Below are positions 49,409-63,300 of a stretch of DNA of 64,000 nucleotides, in pieces. Location: positions 886,459-950,458 of the forward strand of contig JAAOMT010000009.1 in the NCBI GenBank assembly GCA_016748015.1, read 5' to 3'. The DNA comes from Geosiphon pyriformis uo1. Taxonomy: Eukaryota > Fungi > Glomeromycota. Below the pieces are notes generated by a model that did not search any database, was not told where the DNA came from, and saw nothing but the letters and a program-made list of their open reading frames with translations. Position numbers and translations under genes: made by a program. Each line of letters starts with the position of its first letter. Position 1 is the stretch's first letter.

Positions 49409-52190
49409 TTAGCTAGTATATAATTGATATTCAGATACTTTGGTGAAGAAAGAGTTCATGAACTCAAAGAATGCAAACTGTGATGGCTGTGTCCCATATT
49501 TGTAAACGAAACGACTCGCAATATAAGAGCCGAAAATCGCTTGCACATATGGTTCCGGAATTCTTTCAAGTAAAGTGTCCAATCCCAGTCTGTCTAGAAG
49601 AAGTTGTGGGAAAGCCTCACGTAAAACTGCCTTCCGTAGATTCACGTTCTGCCAGAGAATGGATTTTTGAAGGTTTTCATTGAGATCTATGATGGCCAAG
49701 CTGAGTTCGTCCGAGATGATTGATCGAGATTTACCAGATTTTCTATGCTCACGCCATATACATTCGAACTCGAGCTCGGCATTTTTCTCAATCACACGGT
49801 GTACCTCCTTAATGTATTCTTCGTAGAATCGAGGCACAACACCATTTTTGACTTGCATATTTTTGGCGAACTCATCGTCAGTAAGCGCCAAAGCGGCTAA
49901 AACCTCCAACGAAGATGAAGTCACACCACCCTTATTTGCCGAAGCATCTTTAAAGATAATAGCACCAGCTTGCTCAAGTCTAACACGCGCTTCCTGAGTA
50001 AAGAAAAGATTAGCACCTTCGACGATATACTTGAACCTAGGTTTTCCATGAAGATCGAGCAATAAGTTGACATTGTTAAGATCCACAGCTTCAGGTCGGC
50101 CACCACAAGGAACGAATAGATCAGCGGAAACAAGGTTTGTCAAGTGGAAATTATTACGGAAAAGAAGTCCATCATCAATTACCTGGCCATCTAATGAAAA
50201 TGATTTAACAGTTTAATTGTTTGTTTGTTTGTTTGTTTATTTGTTTGTTTGTTTGTTTGATTGATGGTATCGGAGCTCGATGAAAATTTATTCAGCGAAA
50301 AAACCATCCCAAAAATACAGGAGAATCACTTACTCGGTAACTTCACATTTGACTGTTCTATCAGAATCCTAAAACCTTTTGGAGACAATTTTTTCTCGTC
50401 AAAATGTGAAATCATTAATCGACCATTTGCCAAGCGAATCAATTCTTCACGATCGATGCCTGCGGGATCGCACAGTACACCACTACCATCGACCACGGCT
50501 GTTTGGAAATAAAGCAAGGTAAATCAATGGGATAAGTCATTTAAATATTTTTGTTTAATAATAGCAACAACAACAATAACAACAACAACAACAACAAAAA
50601 CAAAATAGAGTGAATAAATTGTGGAGTGAGGTTACTAACCTACAGTACGATCCTTTGAGATCTTAATCTCGTTACTTCCAAGATCACCGTCTGGGCCTCC
50701 GGTCTGAAATTTCGTGATCTGTGTTTCCTTAAGACTAAGTTTTCGGTATATACCAAGCACATATTGATGCACCGATCGAGTGGTCATTCCGTATAGGTCA
50801 TGAGGTATTCCACCCATTGATTGACTTTTACCGGTTGTGAAAGCTTTCCAAAAGCGTGCGCCTCTTTTCTTGGCGTGAGCACTTGCCCAATCCACAAAAT
50901 TTGCGGTTCCTTCATCAGGACCAAAGAATAAAATTTCGGGTTTCCCATAAAGGTCAACAATTTTCTAGGATGATTAAAAAGAAATCAACGTAAACATAAG
51001 ATTAGGAAAATCAAATCAAATCAAAATCTTTGGACAACTAGTTGATGCGAAAGATAGACGAACCTCTTTGATCCCGGGAGTCTTACCAGCGATTAAAAGA
51101 TCAAGCATGCAATCAACATATTTCTCAAATGCCACGCGATCCTTTTCTTGTTGGGTGATATCCAAGAGAATCGTGCCTTTGGAACCACCTTCAGGAATGT
51201 CCTTATTTTTTCTCTGTTGAGTGGCAGCCAAGGCATAATTTTCGTCGAATAGAGACCTTAGATTTATACTGTAGGCTTCCTTGTTTCTCGAACGGATGAT
51301 ACGAATACCACCACGAGCCACATCACGAAAACGTAAATGGAATCCACGAAATTCCGAGCCTATCACGAGGAACATGCCAAAGAGTTTTGTTGGATATTCG
51401 ATCGCGGGTAGGAAGGAAGGATCAAGACGGAAAGACAAGGCAACCTTTGTTGGTTGATAAAAATTGGTCTTTAAAACATGCTTATTAAATATCAGGAAGG
51501 ATTCCAAGACCATGAATTCATGAGCATTGCTCGTGGTCTTCTTGATCTTTGCGAGTAGTTCGTCATCGGTCAAGACAACATCTGTTTGCAGACGTTGGTA
51601 AGATATAGTTGGTCTGAAAAGGAAAAAAAAAACGATTTTGATTAAATCGCGAGTGAAAATAATCTTCCAAAATGTGTGGAGAATATTTGACTTACTCAAG
51701 AGCTGTGGCTGGTGGGTTGACATAGTGAGTTAAGGCGAAATTAATATATAACAAATGAATGAGTTCCGGGTACATCTTGATGATGTCCAACACGTATTCA
51801 CGGGTGAAGGTATCTGTACGAAGTCTCTTTTTAATTTTTGTCAAAACTTCCACGTGAACAGGATTTGTTGGATCAATTATGTTGGCTAGACTGACGTACT
51901 CGCTTCCCAGTCTATTAAGGAAATGTTGAGAGAATATCCAACCCACATGACCGTAAATAGCTTCCTGAACGGAAAGTTTTCCTGATTGGAAGAATGATTG
52001 TAAAGGAGTTGTGGGAAGACAATAAATTAAGGACGCTTCCTTGATCACTTGATGAATGGTATGTTCAATAGGACCGGCTTGAGAGTTAGGCAAAGGATTG
52101 AGATAAAGACTCATGATAGTGACACCATTCGAGAATTGCTCTGATTAAGTTAGTTCAAAGTGGTGGTGGTGGTGGTGGGTGGTGTGTACG

Positions 52191-52248
<58 letters not shown>

Positions 52249-53516
52249 ATGTATGTATGTGTGACACCATTGGCATAAGATTATAAGGTTAAGCGATAAT
52301 ATATATTTGAGGGATGATTTTTTTTTACAACCTACCAACATATTTACGAGTAGAATAAAGATCATAGAAATGATAAAGATCAGACATGGCGGAGAAAAAA
52401 GATTGGGTACTGTTTTGTCGGTAACCAATCACAAGTCGACGTTCACGACTAGCTTCCACTTCAAACATTTCGATCACTGGTCCGGTCCTGCTTAAAACAG
52501 TCTTCATGAGATTCTGATATATTTCTAGGGTATTCTCTGTTGCTTTTTCCAGAAATGTCTTGTCACCCACAAGCTTGATATCAGTCTCTTGTGCGGGCGA
52601 AGGATTAGGCTCGACAAAATCACATTTTCCTACAAAATAGCAACGAAGTTGTGCATTCACCGATGGTGTTACGTTCCCATGCGAGCGATAGGATTCCAAA
52701 CGATAAGCTCCCTGGGTGGTGCTCACGTCCAAGTACCTATCGTCAATTCTGTAGTGATGATGAAAAAGAAAAAGGTGAACCGTGGAATTAATTAATATAT
52801 CACCAATAACACAAAATAGTTTCATCTGATGGTAATCACACGTGATTAGATAATCTTGTTTCATCTAATTAATCATTCACGACAGGGAATTTAAAAAACA
52901 TTTATTATAAGATTGCCAACATTACCTCTTTTCATGCTGAGGCCCTTCCGAGATACCAGGACGCGAAGTATGAATATAAACGGCACCATCATCGGTCTCG
53001 CGCTCCAAATTGATATCTAGAGCATTCTCGTTCTTTGTATAGGCAAAGATTTTCGCGCCGTACAAAGCCATGATGTGATTAGCAATCGTTTCAACAGTTT
53101 CAACTCCAAAGTACATGTCATCGATACCAAGATTCCTATAGAGGTAAATTGAAAAGCGACGAGTCGAGTAGCGGAAAAAGGAAAAAGTTCAAATTTTCAA
53201 AGATGGAGTAAATCGAATCGAGAAATTGATTAAAAAAAAATCCCGGAATCACGATCTGCATTATAATCAAATTGGGGAGGGGTAGGTGGAGGTGGAGGTG
53301 GAGGTACGAAAAAGTGGCTTACCCATAAAACCAAGAAACTTCGTTCTTGACAAGATCTTTCGGTATGAAACCACGTTGCTCTAAATATTCACAAACTTTG
53401 AGCATTTGCTCGGCCTTTCCTTGAAAGACATACGCTGTATAGCCAGCCGAGTCTTTTATCACTGAGTTCATAGACGTAAAAAGACCGGGTATATGACGAG
53501 AAGAGCCCTCAGCCAT
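49409..53516 (-). CDS. GDH2: NAD-specific glutamate dehydrogenase (large fungal type), 8 exons
   Basis: GT-AG exons 53516-53323, 53135-52926, 52748-52336, 52140-51696, 51613-51064, 50964-50640, 50498-50334 and 50190-49409. Motifs FRGFHLRFRDVARGGIRI, KNKDIPEGGSKG, FFGPDEGTA, GGIPHD.YGMTT, GGPDGDLGSNEI, FVPCGGRPE, VEGANLF, DASANKGGVTSSSLEVL. Confidence 0.96.
50217..50259. repeat. (TTTG)n microsatellite in a GDH2 intron
   Basis: About 10 units. Confidence 0.9.
52160..52262. repeat. Compound (GGT)n-(GT)n-(GTAT)n microsatellite in a GDH2 intron
   Basis: Directly visible. Confidence 0.95.
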
Positions 53517-53711
53517 AGTGCAGTGAAATCACTTGATTGAATAAGGGGTGGTTTCTACTAGTACTGAGAATCTAGCTCGATAATAAAGCAGTTTTTGTTC
53601 GATAGAAGTAAAATTCTATCGGTTCAGCTTCGTTATTCAAGGTGGGTTAAAAATCTCTAAGAAAAGGTGGTTTTGATAAATTTTGTTATTGTTATGTTAA
53701 CAAGATTGTAT

Positions 53712-53740
53712 GAGGAGGAGGAGGAGGAGGAGGAGGAGGA
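53712..53740. repeat. (GAG)n microsatellite upstream of GDH2
   Basis: About 9 units. Confidence 0.9.
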
Positions 53741-53959
53741 GTATAAATAAGACAAGAAGCAAAAAGGTACACGTTTAATGTAAATTTCCCCCAAATTGAG
53801 TAGATATTAAACGGTGATTTTTTACCTCCGAAAATCGTTTTATAAGAAAAAGTTATTCTTATTATTGGATCACGTTCGCTTTTTCGTTCTTTTCCCACTT
53901 TATAAGAGAGCAATCGATTGGTTTAAAATAAGGGGTTGAAAGTATAATAGGGAAATGGG

Positions 53960-54028
53960 AGTAACAGTAACAGTAACAGTAACAGTAACAGNNNNNNNNN
54001 NNNNNNNNNNNAAAAAAAAAAAAAAAAA
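53960..54028. other. Assembly gap (20 N, 53992-54011) flanked by (GTAACA)n and poly(A)
   Basis: N run between two simple repeats; true length unknown. Confidence 0.98.
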
Positions 54029-54536
54029 CGATAATTTATCCTTTATTTAAATATCACCCTTTTTTTTTTACAATTTTCTCAAAATGTCAATTAACTAAAC
54101 TTTTTATTATGTTTTTTGTAAATAATGCCAAAGAAAGGATTCGATATTTAAATTTTTGAAACTTTTGATTTTGTATCTTTTAAAAATAAAAATAAAAACT
54201 CTTGTTTCTCGCGATTTTGATGAAACCAAATATATTTTTTTTATAAAATTTATGATTTGATTATCCACGTAATTAGTTTTAAAAACACATTTATATATAT
54301 ATATAATTCATTCCTTTAATTCTAAGAGCTAGACAAAAGAAAAAAAAAACCTATTAATAACGATAAATTCTTATTTCGAATTTTTAAAATTTTCTTTTTC
54401 ATTATTCCTTATTATATTTTCATGAAGATTTTACCCTTTGATTTAATTATTGAGATCATTATTTTATTAGTACCATTTATGTATAGTCAAACTAATTTTT
54501 CTCTTTAGACAAAATATAACATATCCTAAATAAGAA

Positions 54537-54578
<42 letters not shown>

Positions 54579-54605
54579 TTATAATAATAATAATAATAAT
54601 AATAA
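54537..54605. repeat. (AAT)n microsatellite
   Basis: Directly visible. Confidence 0.95.
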
Positions 54606-55069
54606 TTGAAAAATTACCCCATATAAAAAATTATTATTATTAATTAAAAAGGGAACAATAAGGATTTTTCAAACTCTTATTTCATAAGTTGTGTACATTA
54701 CTATTTCCTGAATTTAGGAACTTTTTTTTTCCCGCGATTAGTTGAAACTCCCTCCGTCATCTCCAAATATCAATTTTAAAACAACAAATACTAATTAAGT
54801 AAAAAAAAAATAATTATGAAATCAGGGAAACGTTTTTCTCTTATCAAACGACTAACAGCCAAAGTCTTAATTCAAAAAAACTCTAGTTTTTTCATATGAA
54901 AGGTCCTCGAAACCATAATCTAAATCTAATTTAAAATTCTTTAAGAATGTATCATCAACATAAAGTTTTTCCAATTTGAAACGTGAAATAACTTTACATG
55001 AAACTTTTGGTAATCCTAAAATTCTTGATGACCTCCTGTTCTTGGGCGAGTCTTTTGAATCTGTGATTC

Positions 55070-55180
55070 ATCTCCATCCTCCCATTCTATCCTCCTATCC
55101 TATTCTATCCTATACTATCCTATACTATCCTAATACTATCCTATTCTATCCTATCCTATTCTATCCTATCCCATCCCATC
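55070..55180. repeat. Imperfect (CTATC)n pentanucleotide repeat
   Basis: ctatc/ctata/ctatt units. Confidence 0.85.
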
Positions 55181-55605
55181 ATCATCAATCATAATTTCAA
55201 ATTTTATATCATTCACAAATCAACTCCTAATAGTGGTCGGTCGTCTATTAAAAATTCGGTGGACCCTACATATTCATACATGATGACTGCATAGTACATA
55301 AATGCTATTAATTTAGAAAAAGATTTCTTTCAAAGCCTGGGGAAACAATAATTATTTGTTATTAATTTCGGACCAAAGCTTATTCAGGTAAGCCTGAAAT
55401 TCGAAAAATTGATAATTGTTCATGATTCAATTGATCAATTTAACTTTTCTCGTTGAAATCCTGTTTTTTTTTTCCCACGGCTTTTTGATCTTAAACATTT
55501 TTGTTTTTTTCCCACATTCATCAATTTGGAAGAGCCCACCGTTGAATAAATTTAATTTTGCCATCCATTATTTTTCTTCAAAATATAAAGTAAATCATCA
55601 CACCG

Positions 55606-55686
55606 AAAAAAAAAAAAAAAAAAAAAGACAACAACAACAACAACAACAATAACAATAACAACAACAACAACAACAACAACAACAAT

Positions 55687-55737
<51 letters not shown>

Positions 55738-55762
55738 AACAACAACAACAATAACAACCATA
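55606..55762. repeat. poly(A) followed by a (CAA)n microsatellite
   Basis: About 44 CAA/TAA units. Confidence 0.95.
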
Positions 55763-56470
55763 ACAGAATCTATCCCTCTTAGAATCAAAAATTATACAGT
55801 TTGAATAACGATTCTTTTCAAAGTACATATAAATCTCCACCAGGTTAACTTTACAAATATAGGCAACTCCAGAATCTTACACTTGAAAATGTCATCTATT
55901 GAAAAAGAATCAACAGTCTCTGGCATTTTTCTTTGTTGACAAATCTTGGTAAAAATTTCCGATGCGATATGTGCCCCTACTTTTGATTACCAATGATTTA
56001 TTGAAGAATGAAGCAACATTAATACTCTTCTATGATTGGACCTCATCTTTGTTTAGAACTCATTTGAAATATGACCCATCCACGTGGGCTTTTGAACAAA
56101 AGTTACAAAAATTTTTTTTCCCATCACATGCTCAAGTAAAAAAAAAAAAAAAATTATTAAACTTTTATTGGGATCTTTTTTTGGAAACTCTAATGTAAAC
56201 TCAAGAAAGTTGAAACATTGGCCGAATATATCCAAATATTCGAAAAATTAAACTCACTATCAGGATTTTCTGCTGCACACTTTGTCATTTTACTTTTCCA
56301 CGAGTGGCTTTAAATTATACCGAACTTTTTGGGAATAAGGTTGAAACCGGAATAATTTTTTCAAAAAAATTTTAAATTCAAAAATATATTTTTAAGAATT
56401 ATTCTCTGATCAGTTTAATCACATATATTTGATTTTTATTTTTAAAAAAAAAAAATTTTTTCATATTTTT

Positions 56471-58290
56471 ATAATTACAATTAAAACAAAAAACTTGTAA
56501 AATTTTTATTTTTTAAAGCAATTAATAATATGTTTATTGATAAAATACTTGTAACTATAAAGACTACTTGATAATATTTTGTAAAAATGCTTTTTTTAAA
56601 TAAAAAAAATTAAAAACTAGCTTTTTTACTAATTTTAAAACACTTTTTTGGCTTTAAATAAAAGTTTTTTTTTTACTTAAAGTTCTATTTTAGTAATAAT
56701 TTAAGGCTAGTTTTAGTTTAATTATTATTATTATTATTATTATTATTATAAAAAGTTTTGAATTTTTAATAATAAACAAATAATTAAATTATTTTTTTTA
56801 TTATTATCTTTTTTACATAAGTTTAAATAACCAAAAAAAATTAAAAAAGCTAAAAAACAATTAGTTTTTTTTTAAAAAAATACTTAAAAATGTTTTTTTT
56901 TAATATTTTTTAGAATATTATTTAAATTTTAAACCCAGTTTTTCTTTGTAAAAAATAAAATATTAGCTTTACTTATTTTTTTTATTTTTTTTGAATAATA
57001 ATAGTAGTATTATGTTTGTTAAAATTAATATTAATTGGTTTTTAATTATATTGCTTATTATATTAATTTTTGGCCAATTTTTGTTATTAAAAACAAAATA
57101 AATCATATTTTTATACATGTTTTTAATTAATTAAATAGAAACTAAAATTATTATTTTTTGTTTTTTAATAATATTGTTTTTAATAATACTTAAAAAACAA
57201 TTAAAAATTTATTAAATAACTGGTTTTTATTTTAATATTTAATATTTTTTTAAAATTAAATTAACTTATATTAAAACTATTTTTTACTTTTAGAATTGTT
57301 AAATTTTTAGTAGTTTTTGAATTGTTTCTTTTTTTATTATTATTATTATATTGTAAAATATGTTTAAAAATATTATTATTGTTATTATTAAAAATATTTA
57401 TGATATTTTTTGTAAATTTTCTTAGATTATATTAAAATTTATTAATATTTAGCAAAATATTATTATTGTTTATTTTAAGTTTTTTAATATAATTATAACT
57501 ATTTTTACATATTAATTAATTTTAATAAATGAAAACAATATTAAAATTAATAATTTGGTTTTTTAAATTTGTAATTATATTTGTTTTATTTTCTATTTTT
57601 TTATTTCTATTTAGTAATTTAAATATATAATTAATATTTTTGATTTTTAAAAAAATTTAAATACTATAATTAAAAAAATTAATACTTTAAAAAATATTAT
57701 ATTTAATAAAAAATTTTTGGTTATTAATATTGTTTTAAATATTAAAATTAAAATTATTTAATTATAAATTACAAAATATTTTTACTTTTTTTTTTTTCTA
57801 AATTATTATTTAAACTTGTAATTAGTCTTAAAATTTTTTGTTTTATTAATTTTTTTTATTGTTATATCTTTAATTATCTTTATTATTATTATTATTATTA
57901 TTAATTTTATTATTGATTTTAAATTGGTTTTTTAAAATTTGAATTGGTTTTATTGGTTTTATTAAAATTTAAATTGGTTTTATTGGTTTTATTAATTAAA
58001 TATATATTATTAAGTCTATTAATATTTTAAGTATTTTAATTACTTAATGTTTTTTTTGTTTTATATATTAAATTAAAAAAAAGTGTTTTATAATTCAAAA
58101 AAATATTGTTACTTTTAAAAATAAATTTAAATAAAAAAATTTGGTAAATTAAAAATAAAATATAATAATAAAGTTAATAATAAAATATTTATTTAAATAA
58201 TAATTTTTTAAAAGCTTTAATCTTTTAAAAATAAATTAATTACAAATAATATTTTTAAATATTTAAGTAATATAATTAAAAATAGTAATA
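56471..58290 (+). mobile_element. Relic R2: hypermutated copy of the ORF1-only element
   Basis: Starts ATAATTACAATTAAAACAAAA (compare ATGACCACGACCAGAGCTAAG). 57430-57550 closely matches 12640-12760 of R1. Confidence 0.8.
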
Positions 58291-58438
58291 TTTTAATTAT
58301 ATATATATATAATTTAAAAAACTTCTTTCTTTCTTACCTCCAAATAATCCTCAAAAAGTGCATTTTCTGAAAAAAAAGTTTTTTAGTTTTTCTTGTTAAG
58401 TTTATATCAACATTTCTTTAACTAATAATCCCTTTGTC

Positions 58439-60331
58439 ATGAATTTAAAAGCTGCTTTTAGCAATGATATGTCTAAAAAGAAAGCATCTAAGAGTATTCT
58501 CCATAGTTCTGCTGGTGGGTCTTTCTCCCCAAAAAAAAAAGTAGTTTTTGGTAATATTAAGTATTCAGGTGATGAAAAAGACATTTCTCTTGTCAAACTT
58601 GGTTCTGGTGACATGTACTCGGACATAGATAGTGAATTAAGTTGTGGTGAGGACAATACAATCATGGAAGGTATCAACAGTAAATCACTTTTAGGCTCAG
58701 CAGCTACTACTTCTAAAGCAAAAAGAGTGAATTTCAGCATGGTCTTTGGGTCTTCTCTTGACTCCCCCAATTATAAAATGGAAAAAGAAGTGGAACTCCT
58801 CCCATCTCCTCTTAGTGTATCTTTGGAAAAGAAATAGATAGATTCTAAGATTGTAAAAACCCCTGTAGAAGTTTCTGTTAGAAAGTCATTTGCTTTGGAT
58901 ATCAATCTTTCAGCAGTGGAGAGCAAATCTGCTACAGCAAAAACTCAGTTCATCAGGAAAATTTTTTCATCAGTCAATGGTTTTGGGAGAGCCACTACTC
59001 TCTTAAAATTTGAAGGGATTATTTGATCAATGTTTACCTCTGAAAAAAGCATAGAAATAGCCATATCATTGGCCAGAAAAAAAGAAATTGACATAAACAG
59101 CAATCTTAAGAGACAAGAAATAAGATCAGATTAGGCTGTGATAATTAAGGAAATTCTTATAAATATACTTAAAAATATGATCATCACCACAGTGTCCGAA
59201 TTTGGGAAAATTAAGTCAATTAAAATTCAACTAATTGGAATATGGCAAAAAGCTGTAGTGGAGTTTGCTGAATTAGGCCAAGCTGATTTGTTAGTCTCTA
59301 AATGGTCATTCTTGATTGGTAAGGATTCTGTGCACATAGTCAAAGTGGTAAGAGATCATGAAACTTGGGCATTAAGAGATCGATTCAGAGTGCTTTTGTT
59401 TATTTTGCCAGTAGGAACAATGGCACATAATCTTGGAACTCTTCTGGATAAGACTGGTAAGAAAACTTGCATCATAAACAGATCTCTGGAAACTGGTAAT
59501 AAGATTTGTTGTGCTGTGATCAGTTTTGAATCTAATGATAATCTGGAGTTTGTCTTTCGCACGGAACTAATTCTTGGTGGTATTAAACTTTTTTGGGCAA
59601 GAATAGATCTGATTCAGTGTAAAAAATGCAGAAAGTTTGGTCATTCTGCTATGAAATATGATGCATTTGTTGTGTTTCTACCTAAGCCTTCAAGAACATT
59701 TAAAAGGATTACATCTGATAGACGTTGTCTTCAGTTGGCTAAGTTGTACAAAAAGAAAAGTGTTTTGATATCTCGCTCTACTGCCTTTGGTGGCAAATTT
59801 TGGACCCAGATGGTTACACTTGCTGGTCTTTCTGGTGGTCTTTGTTTCAGTTCTGGTTCCAGTTCCAGTTCTAGCCTTTCTCTTTCTGGTGCCTCAGATT
59901 CAGACAGTGGTTTTTCTCTCACTTCAGCCAACACTTCTTCTTTGAATGCTTATTTAGCCACTTTGGAATGCTCCTTAGAGCTTTTAATGGATCAGGTGTC
60001 TGGTATATTAAAAAAGTTAAGTGGCATGGAACTGAAATCTACAGCAACCCCCTCTAGCATTCCTTCTCTGTTCACTCCCACTTTTTTGGTGCCACATTTG
60101 GATGGGGATATGGTTTTGGATAATATAATATTGGCTTCCACTCTTTCTCTCTTAGCTGTGGATAACATGGTCCATGATTTTAGCTCGAGTTTTTCTAAGA
60201 TTCTGATCTCCAAGGTGGGTGGATTAGAATCGAAAATGGTAGCTTTTGAGGTCTTAATTGGTTTGGTTTTGGAAAAGTTGAATTGTTTGTGTTCTGGTGT
60301 GGGTTCTTTAGCTCTTCTTCTTTCTCAATAA
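58439..60331 (+). pseudogene. LINE D ORF1
   Basis: QLIGIWQKAVVEF; CKKCRKFGHSAMKY; in-frame stops. Confidence 0.9.
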
Positions 60332-63300
60332 ATAGTTTGGTGTGGAAGGTGACTACATGTAATGTCAGAAGCATGAACAATCCTGCCAAACAAGAGGATA
60401 TTGTTTGATGGCACAAAAATATGGGCAACATAATTTCTGTGATTACTGAAACAAAGTTGAAAGGCAAAGTTTGTCCTTGGATTATGAATAAGTTTGATGG
60501 CATTCGAGTGTTCACCTTTGATTTGAAGTCTGGTTATTTGGGTGCAGGTGTCACCATAATTATGGATGCTTCTCTAGCAAAGCATGTGTGCAAAGTTTCT
60601 GAGGTGTCTGGTCAACTTATCTCTGTAAAATTGCTCTTCAAAAACAAACTTTTATTGACAGTTTTGGGCTTATATGCGGGTGCCACTTTGGAAAAAAAGC
60701 TGGTTTACTCCCATGTTATCAATTCAATGGTGGCTGAGACTTTAAATGGCAGTACATTTATTGTTCTTGGTGGTAACTTTAATGAAAATAATTCTGGTCA
60801 TAATGCAAGCTTCAAGAAATGTCTGAATCTGGGTTTGTTTGATTCTTTATATGGTTTTTTTTTGCACAAACTTTCCATATGGTCTAATTCGAGAGGTGTT
60901 CAAAAGTGCATAAATTTTATATTAATTAGTGATAGTCTTTGCAATTCATCTTTTAACGAAAAAGTTTATTGTCTGGCTGAATTTTTTGATTCTGACCACT
61001 TGGTAGTATCAGTGGACATTGGTTTGGAGAGCTTTCTCAATTTTCAGCTTAATTTAGTACACAAACAGGCTGTGAAAAAAAAATGAAAATACAAAGTTAG
61101 TGGTATTAATGATGAAGTTTAGAGATGCATCATTGGCTGCTTTTTTAAAGTCAGCTGGTGATTTTGAATATCACACCACTGAAGGTAATATCAATGAAAT
61201 GTGGACACTTCTCTGTCAAATGGTGTGCTCTGCAGCAGAAGCTACTCTCATGAAAACACAGTCCAGGGATAATGGGTTAGTCAAAACTTTTGCTTCTTTT
61301 AGATTTCACAAGTTAGAACTTTTAGTGGCAAAAATTTTGAATGCATACAAATCAGATAATTTAGAAAGGCTTCAGGCTTTAGTTGATAAATGAGTTGACT
61401 TGGACTTTGACCAAGTCATAAAGTTCAAGAGTTCCTTAGACAATGGTTATGACAAAATGTTGGTTGAACAATCACTGGCGTATTTTAGGAAATTATATAG
61501 GTCTCGCAAGTTTTTGGAATTTAAGACTATTGAGGACTCACAGATTTGGGCAGTTATTGATAAGCATATGGAAGCTTTTGCAGACAACAAAGGTCAAATA
61601 ATTAGAAGTGTGTTGGAGAAGCCTTTCAGAAAAGTTATGTTGGATCATCTGGTTAATAATGGAGATTTGGTCTTGGAACTAGATTTGGTCAAGGGCAAGG
61701 TGAATTTAATTATGAAAAATTGGACCAGGAAATGCGCAGTCAAACCTTCAATGCCTTCTTGTTGGCAAATACAATTTTCTTCTCTTGATCATGTTAGTGA
61801 TAGTGTATTTTCTGGTGTGATGAAGCAAATTAATTTTGATGAGTTTTCATTAGTGGTCAAGGATCTTCTTAATGGCAAAGCTGCTGGTTTGTTTGGTATC
61901 TCTAATGAGATGTGGAAGCATTGTGATAAGTCTGTTCTGGTCTTTTTTTTGCATTTGCTTAACTTGTGCTTAGTATGTGAATCTGTTTTGGATGTTTGAA
62001 GAAAAGTCTGGGTATCCATGATTCTGAAACCTTATAAGTGGAAAGAAGTTCTGACAAACACCAGACTTATTGCTTTCATTGAAACCTCTAGGAAAATTCT
62101 TTTAAAGATTCTATCTGATCGCATTTCGAGAGCCTACAACATATACAACGTTCTGCATAAGAACAATTTTTTGGTGTTTAAAGACACTTCTACTCAGTCC
62201 CATATCTTTGTTGTAGGATCTGTTGTGGAAAATGTTTTGGAGAAGGACAGGGAACTCTGGTTGGTGCTTCAGAACATGTACAAAGCTTATGATTCAGTAG
62301 GCTAGTTGCATTTGAAAAGTAGTCTAGAGAGAATCAAAATGTGTGAGAAGTTTGTCAGGTTTTTTGGTAGTATCCACAATGGCCACAAGAATAGAGTTAT
62401 GACAGACTTTGGTTTGTCTAAAAGTTACAAAATACATGATGGTTTGGACCAGAGAGAAGTTTTTTCTCCTCTTTTATGGAGAATTTTTTATGATCCTTTG
62501 TTGTGCAAAGTGAAAAAACATGAATCATTTTTTGGGTATTGGGTCAATTCCAAATTTGTGGTCAGAACAAGTAGAATTGAGTTGAATGCTGGTTTAACTT
62601 CTTATTTGGCTGCTGGTGCTTTTGTGAATAACACCATTTGGGTTGGCAATTGTTATACAGCAACACAGAATATTTTGAACATTGCTAATGAGTTTTTTGA
62701 ATTAATGGATATATCAATCAACATAGAAAAAACAGTTGTCATTCCTATTAACCCAAAAACCAGCAACACCTCTTTGAAAGTGAGCAAGTCTCCTATTTCA
62801 ATCATGAAATCTGGTGAGGCTTATTAGTATTTAGGTATTTTTCTGTCAACTAAAGGTCTTTCTGGTCCAAGTTTAAAAAAGGCAAATTTGGATGTCAAGT
62901 TTTTCTCATCTATGGTTTTACACAAAGCTATTACAAACAAACAGTTCTCTTATTTGGTATTAGCTGTTTTACAGCCCATAGTGGAATATAGGACTCAATT
63001 TAGCTTTGTCAGTAGAGACACATGCAAGAAATGGAACCATATAATTAAAAAGGGGTTAAAGTTTAAGTCCAGTCTGTCTAGAGACTTTCCTAATGAGGTG
63101 GTGCACTATCCTTCTTTTTACAATTTAAAGCTCTTTAAACAAGTTCAAGCAGAAGCAAAAGTCTTGTCAGTGTTACAGTTTGCTAATGATAATGGGTTAA
63201 TGAGTTGACTATTTGAGCACAGATCAATGAACTTACAGGTTTTGGGCTGAGTTTCTCAGAACCCTCTTCAATTTCCTGTTAAGTTGATGGTCAATTCGAT

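Noticed and set aside
49409-53516. GDH2 as a bacterial horizontal transfer
   Set aside because: It has seven spliceosomal introns and typical fungal NAD-GDH motifs and length.
53960-53991. (GTAACA)n equals the LTR terminal hexamer; possible telomeric or att-like array
   Set aside because: A short simple repeat next to a gap with no other LTR sequence; not TTAGGG-like; coincidence is likely.
55552-55840. Poly-Cys, poly-Val and poly-Gln ORFs
   Set aside because: Translations of the (CAA)n microsatellite.
54030-56350. Possible additional gene or ncRNA upstream of GDH2
   Set aside because: No coherent exon chain, recognisable protein motif or tRNA/rRNA structure seen.
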